A DNA stretch of 54,344 nt from a virus (lineage: Duplodnaviria > Caudoviricetes), in the IMG/VR virus record IMGVR_UViG_3300023184_000163, positions 1-54,344 of that record; one strand, 5' to 3'. How positions within the stretch are numbered: the stretch's first letter is position 1; every line of letters begins with the position of its first letter. The notes under the pieces were generated by a model. The model was not told where the DNA came from and did not search any database. It saw nothing but the letters and a program-made list of their open reading frames with translations. The position numbers and the translations under genes were made by a program. This document shows positions 50,201 to 54,344 of this stretch, piece after piece.

Positions 50201-50674
50201 TTTTATAGAAATAGGATCAGAGTTAGGATCTTGTAGTATTACTCTATATGAATCAATATCATATTGTTTTGCTAATGTAGCTGGAGTATAACCTTTATTT
50301 CCTTTTCCTTTTTTAGCAACTTTACCAAACATTTTTAAAATGATGGGATCATTTATTTTCATTGATGCTGTATCACTAAAAATAAATGTATCATCTGGTA
50401 GTTTTAAAGGTACTCCTCCACTACTATGTCTTGGTCCTTTAATTATTTTATGTTCAGGAAAACTATCACCATTAAGATCTCCATAAACTGTTTCACCACC
50501 TTCAGCTTCTAAATTTGCTTCTGCTCTAGGAACTTTAGTAATGTATTTACTTTTTATAAGATCTGGTTTACTTTTAGAATCACCAAAAGTTAAAATATCA
50601 TTTGATAGTGAACCATCTACTTGATAGCCAACTTTTGCTTTTGGTAAAGATTTTATTCTTACTTTATAGTACAT
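47276..50674 (-). CDS. Probable virion cargo protein (1132 aa), low-complexity with xxGG motifs
   Basis: ANLEAEGGETV...GPRHSSGGVPL N-terminal domain, Gln/Met-rich region, Cys-rich insert and Ala/Asn/Gln-rich helical C-terminal region. Confidence 0.65.
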   Translation of the reverse strand: MYYKVRIKSLPKAKVGYQVDGSLSNDILTFGDSKSKPDLIKSKYITKVPRAEANLEAEGGETVYGDLNGDSFPEHKIIKGPRHSSGGVPLKLPDDTFIFSDTASMKINDPIILKMFGKVAKKGKGNKGYTPATLAKQYDIDSYRVILQDPNSDPISIKTAELMIKNYNLKLGALALAQESKKGFPQGIPTVAEAYMEIMGIDPEEILPPNLPEPMSQEQLERPTIEEEEEDPTSDQVANDNTLTENNVVPEESNMGQEEKFASPEEMMRYGGMRRLRRAQEGIQQMSEEEMMALQQQQAQQQAQQQMSGQNKGMMQEQPQIDEQKIQQIEQSVEQAINQGAAPEEVVTQLLKAQIPPNLIEQIFVELGMPQQQVKELLMSLIQNVENDQAQQMDPRQQQAMSEEDMMAMQQQDPRQMQQAPMAAYGMEMGGYDMPFYDDSYEMAFGGQKKFNKNHVTVLKFQDGGQPPEGVIIKRADYQTDADYKKAVKRAIYDNKTSGKKVYSLGTNGKYSTISAKLDDGSGYSGSMENWNNDKASASRFASMQESLADPVTAKLFANATREAIKDKESYRKKGPGNRYNTTWDEAGYGNPDDLKDDEIVKEFLNFQERNLKLNASGNEAFLYNDANGKLRKKNGTGSGDNLGFVELMQGIKKQDGSRMYTDAEIENKYKDMSTNAPTLDKAFENIGLPMTAVNSGNSPANKKARLQQATFIGYDNLIKKRDAGKLTPDEKYLLNEWQGNLERGYNDEKLGSTSSISPAEGYLTNTSSGQNANKVNTTFTEDEIPGKTSCSCTVDGKEVPGKENPNYDASKPTSANNDPCIPCSETPNKPNNECQCIDDSKAGYREPNEDGTCSCTPEQDDKWWLQDNINVMGAASDLASIKKYLPWAARVDLEEPRPTFLDPTRELAAQSEQANIASQASASFAGAQGLGARNAATQGNAAAQAANTLSNINNQNVNIANQFEDKQVNIRNQESMANQQIATNTYDKNTIANQQFDNAKLALRGNLRKQYTNAITNKANTAMLNRLYPNNRVRPEEGGMPDFINNGKQLTGTVTSDDYDVYLKECQASFPSGTPAELNACIKQKTSMSGNTSTTQGGLINSYPGSAQYGGQQPVKQFKYGGFIYNVYPDY
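49420..49830 (-). repeat. Gln/Met-rich imperfect repeats
   Basis: QQMSEEEMMALQQQ / QAMSEEDMMAMQQQ, QQMDPRQ / QQQDPRQ and QQQA repeats. Confidence 0.7.
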
Positions 50675-50684
50675 AATTAATTAT

Positions 50685-53600
50685 TTATAAAAATTCAACT
50701 TGTCCACCTGCTGCCATAAAAGCTCTAATTTGATCTTCAGACATATATGTTATTTTTTCACCACCTTTAGCATAAGTTAATTCATCTTCTTCATTTTCTT
50801 CTACATAAGGTTCATATTCTTCTTCATCAATATATCCACCATATTGTGCAGATCTACTATTCCACATTTGACCTTGTTCATCGGGTCTAAATAAACCTGA
50901 ATTAGTATCATAATCTCCTCTATCTCTACTAGGGTCAGAAGCATAAAGATTATTAGAACTTAAGTTTTCATACATTTCATTTTGTGCTTTGCCAGTTTCT
51001 ATACCTCTTCTTATACCATCAATAATATCTACACCTGTATTAAATGTTTGTAATCTTCCTTCACTTACACTAGTATCAGCTTTAGAACCAAAAGCAAGTT
51101 TTTCTTTATTTTTTTTATTTTCTACATCAATTGCTGTTTGATCACCAGCATTTGGAATTGGTATTTTTGGTTTAAAATAATCTTTTACACTATTGATAGG
51201 TAGTTTTGGCATAATGTTTGGATCTAAACTAGGATCAACATTAACTTCATTTGGTTTATTAAATGAATCTTGATTAGCATAAAAATTATTAACAGGAGCA
51301 CCAATAACTTGAGTTCCTGAATTTGATGCTGCAATAGAAGAATCAATAGGAGCATTAGGTGCAGCAAAAGTTTGATTATTAAAAACTGGATTAGCTACAC
51401 ATTTATTTGTATTTGGATCTAATGTTTCTCCAGGACCACAAGGTGGTGGACCACCTACAACTTTTTTTGGAAGAAATTTATTTAAACTTCCACCATATTG
51501 TTTATTTTCTGGAGAATGTGCAAAATCCATAGCATCTACATAACCATCATTATTATAATCACCATTTAAAATATTTATATCTTTATATAAATAATCATAA
51601 TAACCCGGAACTTCACTAGGACTTTGTTTATTTGGTATTATATCATCATTTCTATCATACCAATTTCCTTCACTATCTCTTGTTAATCTACCATCTTCAT
51701 CTAGTATTTCACCTTGATTATTTACTCCTATTAGATTACCATATTCATCAAGTCCTCTTCTTTCAAGTCTTCTACTATTTCTTTCATTTTGTCTTTCTCC
51801 TTTGTTAATAGCCATTCTAGCTTGTAAACCTAAACCATCTACATTACTTTTTTTACTTTGTTCAGTTAATAAAGGATTTCTACTATCTACTAATTGAGTA
51901 GCATTAGGAGTATATTTACTATCAGGATTAAGATGAGTTGGTGCATTTTTATTATTATAATATACAGTATACTTTTTAGGTTTATGTAACCAATTTCTTT
52001 TAGTTACTTCAACTCTATCAAATACAGAATCACCAGTTGGTAAATCAACCATTTGTCCAGTTCTTGGATTATATACTTTTGTTATAACATTACGAGATGG
52101 ATTTGGAGAATTTAAAATGTTTCCTGGAAAATATTTTTCTACAGCTTTACGGAATCTTCCTCCAGGTTTAAACTGTGGATATGTTGATTCACCACCATAA
52201 GCCATAGAGTCTTGTTGATTCTCTAAAGCAGGAGATGTAGAATTTTGAGTACCTAACATTTGAGCAGCTTGTTGATTTTGATCTTGTATAGGATCATTTT
52301 GTGATTGTGGATTTAATATTTGCTCAAGCATTGGATCATTTACTTCTTTCATTTTTTTAAACCATTCATCCATTTTAAATTTTTTGGATGTCATTCCAAC
52401 AGCTCCAACAAAATCAGTTAATGTTTTTTTTACTGAATCTTGTAAATCATCAGTTTGTTTTGCTTTTGTTAAAGATTCTTTTTCAGTATTTTCTGAATTA
52501 TTTTGAACACCACCTTCTTCTTTTTTCAAAAGATTAAAAACATTTTTAGAAAATCTTTTTTTAGAAGTACCTCCATATTTAGCATATTCTTCTGTAAAAT
52601 TTGAATCATTATTTTCATAATCATTATTTTCAAAATAATCTCCAGTTTCAATTATTGGTTGATATGGTATTGCATATTCACCAATATTTGAATAATCTAT
52701 ATTTTGAGTACCTGGAGAATTAGCAATTAATTTTTCTAATTCAGAAGTAAAATTTTCATTTTCTTCTTTTATATAATTTTGATCTTCATCTATAACTTTT
52801 TCTTCATCTGTTAAATCTTCTTCATCTTCATCTTCTTGTTCTTGATTTTTAACAGCTTGTCCTAAAGCACCACCATATTGAAAACCTAAATAATCTTGAC
52901 TACTATTTGCTGCATCTTCCTCTTCTTGATCTATAGCAGATGTATCATTTGCAACTTCTAAACTTTGTTCATTATACTGATTCATTTGATTTTCAGCTTC
53001 CTCATCTTTTTGTTGTTCTATTGCTTGATTTGGATCTTCATATTTTTGTTCTTCTTCTTCTCTAGCTTTTTTATTATTTTCAGCATCTTCATCAGTATAC
53101 TCATCATTCTCTATCATATAATCAACAACAGAAGTTACAATTTGTGTAGCCTGTTTTGAATCCATCTTACGAGCTATTAATGCATCATACACATCTTCTG
53201 GAGATTGCCCTTTTTTAATTGCATTATAAACAGAAGCTAATATTAAAGATGCTTCTTTTTGACTACTATTACTTCCTTGAAATTGGTCATTACTTTCTGG
53301 TGTTCCACCAAATTGATATTTATTAAAAGTACCATTTTCAATATTTTTTAAAATATTATATTGTTTTTGAGATACCATACCTTTATTATTATTTACAGAT
53401 TTTAATACATCATTATGAAATTTTCTAGTTGATGGACTTAAGTTATTTGTATTATCTAAAAGTTGTTGATAATAAGATGGATTTTTTATTTCAATTTTTG
53501 ATGATGCTGTAGTTGCTTTTTTAATTCCTTCACCATATTTAATGGCTCCGGCAGCTTTAGCTAATTCATTATTTTTATCTATAGCTTTTGCTATGTTAAT

Positions 53601-53753
53601 AGCTTTTTGTATTTCATCAGCTTTATCAAAATCTAATGCTAATTGTATAACTTTTTTAATAGCTCCTCCTTTTTGAGCTTTTTCTAAAAACTGACTTGTC
53701 TTATTAAGATACTTACCATTTCCATCAGGTGATTTATAAATTCTAACTTTCAT
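50685..53753 (-). CDS. Probable virion cargo protein (1022 aa) with ~12 xxGG motifs
   Basis: Acidic low-complexity protein segmented by AQKGG, YQFGG, FQYGG, AKYGG, MAYGG, KQYGG, AQYGG, YAKGG and similar motifs. Confidence 0.65.
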   Translation of the reverse strand: MKVRIYKSPDGNGKYLNKTSQFLEKAQKGGAIKKVIQLALDFDKADEIQKAINIAKAIDKNNELAKAAGAIKYGEGIKKATTASSKIEIKNPSYYQQLLDNTNNLSPSTRKFHNDVLKSVNNNKGMVSQKQYNILKNIENGTFNKYQFGGTPESNDQFQGSNSSQKEASLILASVYNAIKKGQSPEDVYDALIARKMDSKQATQIVTSVVDYMIENDEYTDEDAENNKKAREEEEQKYEDPNQAIEQQKDEEAENQMNQYNEQSLEVANDTSAIDQEEEDAANSSQDYLGFQYGGALGQAVKNQEQEDEDEEDLTDEEKVIDEDQNYIKEENENFTSELEKLIANSPGTQNIDYSNIGEYAIPYQPIIETGDYFENNDYENNDSNFTEEYAKYGGTSKKRFSKNVFNLLKKEEGGVQNNSENTEKESLTKAKQTDDLQDSVKKTLTDFVGAVGMTSKKFKMDEWFKKMKEVNDPMLEQILNPQSQNDPIQDQNQQAAQMLGTQNSTSPALENQQDSMAYGGESTYPQFKPGGRFRKAVEKYFPGNILNSPNPSRNVITKVYNPRTGQMVDLPTGDSVFDRVEVTKRNWLHKPKKYTVYYNNKNAPTHLNPDSKYTPNATQLVDSRNPLLTEQSKKSNVDGLGLQARMAINKGERQNERNSRRLERRGLDEYGNLIGVNNQGEILDEDGRLTRDSEGNWYDRNDDIIPNKQSPSEVPGYYDYLYKDINILNGDYNNDGYVDAMDFAHSPENKQYGGSLNKFLPKKVVGGPPPCGPGETLDPNTNKCVANPVFNNQTFAAPNAPIDSSIAASNSGTQVIGAPVNNFYANQDSFNKPNEVNVDPSLDPNIMPKLPINSVKDYFKPKIPIPNAGDQTAIDVENKKNKEKLAFGSKADTSVSEGRLQTFNTGVDIIDGIRRGIETGKAQNEMYENLSSNNLYASDPSRDRGDYDTNSGLFRPDEQGQMWNSRSAQYGGYIDEEEYEPYVEENEEDELTYAKGGEKITYMSEDQIRAFMAAGGQVEFL

Positions 53754-53772
53754 AACTACATATTATATATTT

Positions 53773-53805
53773 AATATACTAAATTTTAATTTATTCAATA
53801 AACTT
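53773..53805 (-). promoter_or_regulatory. Candidate phage promoter motif AAGTTTATT-N13-TTTARTATATT (copy 2)
   Basis: Intergenic, ending 19 nt upstream of the ATG at 53753. Confidence 0.55.
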
Positions 53806-53812
53806 AATAAGT

Positions 53813-54344
53813 TTAATTAAGTTCTTCTATCACATAACCTTGTGTTATTAAATCTTTTATTTCTTCTGGTGTTAGATCTAATTCTATATAATCATTAGTT
53901 GCTCCACCTTGTTTATATTGTGTTGCACCTAAACCTAAACCTATTAATGGTGTTATTCCTAACATTTTATTTAATCCCTTTGCAACTAATTCATAATTTT
54001 TAGGTTCTGCTTTCATTATATTAAAAAGTCTTAAATATTTTCCTCCACCTTTTTCATCAAACATTGCATTTACCATAGTTTCCTTAACCATTTCTGGAGT
54101 AATTTTTATATATCCTTTTTTAGGTATGGTACCTGCATCCATCATATATTGTTGAACTTCCCCTAAAAATGCAGATTTTTCTCTACCTTCTGAACCTGTT
54201 AAAAAATAATCAGTAGACTTTTGTTTATCAAGTACTGCTGGTTTATAATAATTAATATCTACAGGACTATCAGAATCTATATTGCTTTGCCAAACTTTAT
54301 TTGGTGTACCTTCTTTTCTTAATTTTAAATTAGATAACAAATCA
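53813..54344 (-). CDS. C-terminal part of a larger protein (5' end outside the window)
   Basis: Frame is open to the right edge. It ends YKQGGATNDYIELDLTPEEIKDLITQGYVIEELN, similar to the C-terminus of the next gene product. Confidence 0.7.
   Translation of the reverse strand, partial: DLLSNLKLRKEGTPNKVWQSNIDSDSPVDINYYKPAVLDKQKSTDYFLTGSEGREKSAFLGEVQQYMMDAGTIPKKGYIKITPEMVKETMVNAMFDEKGGGKYLRLFNIMKAEPKNYELVAKGLNKMLGITPLIGLGLGATQYKQGGATNDYIELDLTPEEIKDLITQGYVIEELN

Noticed and set aside
52604-52640. 15-bp duplication encoding ENNDY/ENNDS
   Set aside because: Two-copy slippage repeat in a low-complexity linker with no evident function.
19453-53159. Short ORFs nested in the giant minus-strand genes (e.g. 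36935, 38633, 42776, 43236, 48064, 49666)
   Set aside because: Shadow ORFs, often with non-ATG starts and no recognisable motifs.
1-54344. Stop-codon reassignment (TAG or TGA), known in some crAss-like phages
   Set aside because: Genes up to 10.6 kb are open in the standard code, coding density is near complete, and TAG/TGA end genes at sensible overlaps (1089, 2101, 6370, 7825, 8353).
1-54344. tRNA genes, CRISPR arrays, integrase or transposase
   Set aside because: None recognised. Intergenic gaps outside the intron are under ~90 nt and occupied by terminators or AT-rich leaders. This is a by-eye check only.

Overview
AT-rich fragment of a large Bacteroidota-infecting dsDNA phage of the crAss-like / Cellulophaga phi14:2 type, in two convergent blocks. 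The left block (about 0.7-18.3 kb, mostly + strand) encodes replication and recombination proteins: DnaB-like helicase, Sak4/AAA_24-like NTPase, probable SSB, DnaG-type primase, GIY-YIG nuclease, PD-(D/E)xK exonuclease and family B DNA polymerase. It also carries a HExxH-vWA plus MoxR-like AAA+ module whose ATPase gene is interrupted by a group I intron (9963-11010) with a GIY-YIG homing endonuclease in loop L1. The right block (18.35-54.3 kb, - strand) encodes probable virion cargo/ejection proteins, including a 3537-aa single-chain two-barrel RNA polymerase (GADFDID) flanked by two ~2500-aa proteins. The strongest unexplained patterns are: (1) the three giant proteins have only four Cys in ~8500 aa, all at the termini facing each other across gene junctions; (2) recurrent [FYMAK]-x-x-G-G motifs plus shared N- and C-terminal peptides in the upstream cargo-like proteins; (3) a bipartite promoter-like motif upstream of two late genes; (4) a clamp-binding QLSLF tail on PolB. 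All assignments come from reading motifs by eye; no searches were run.
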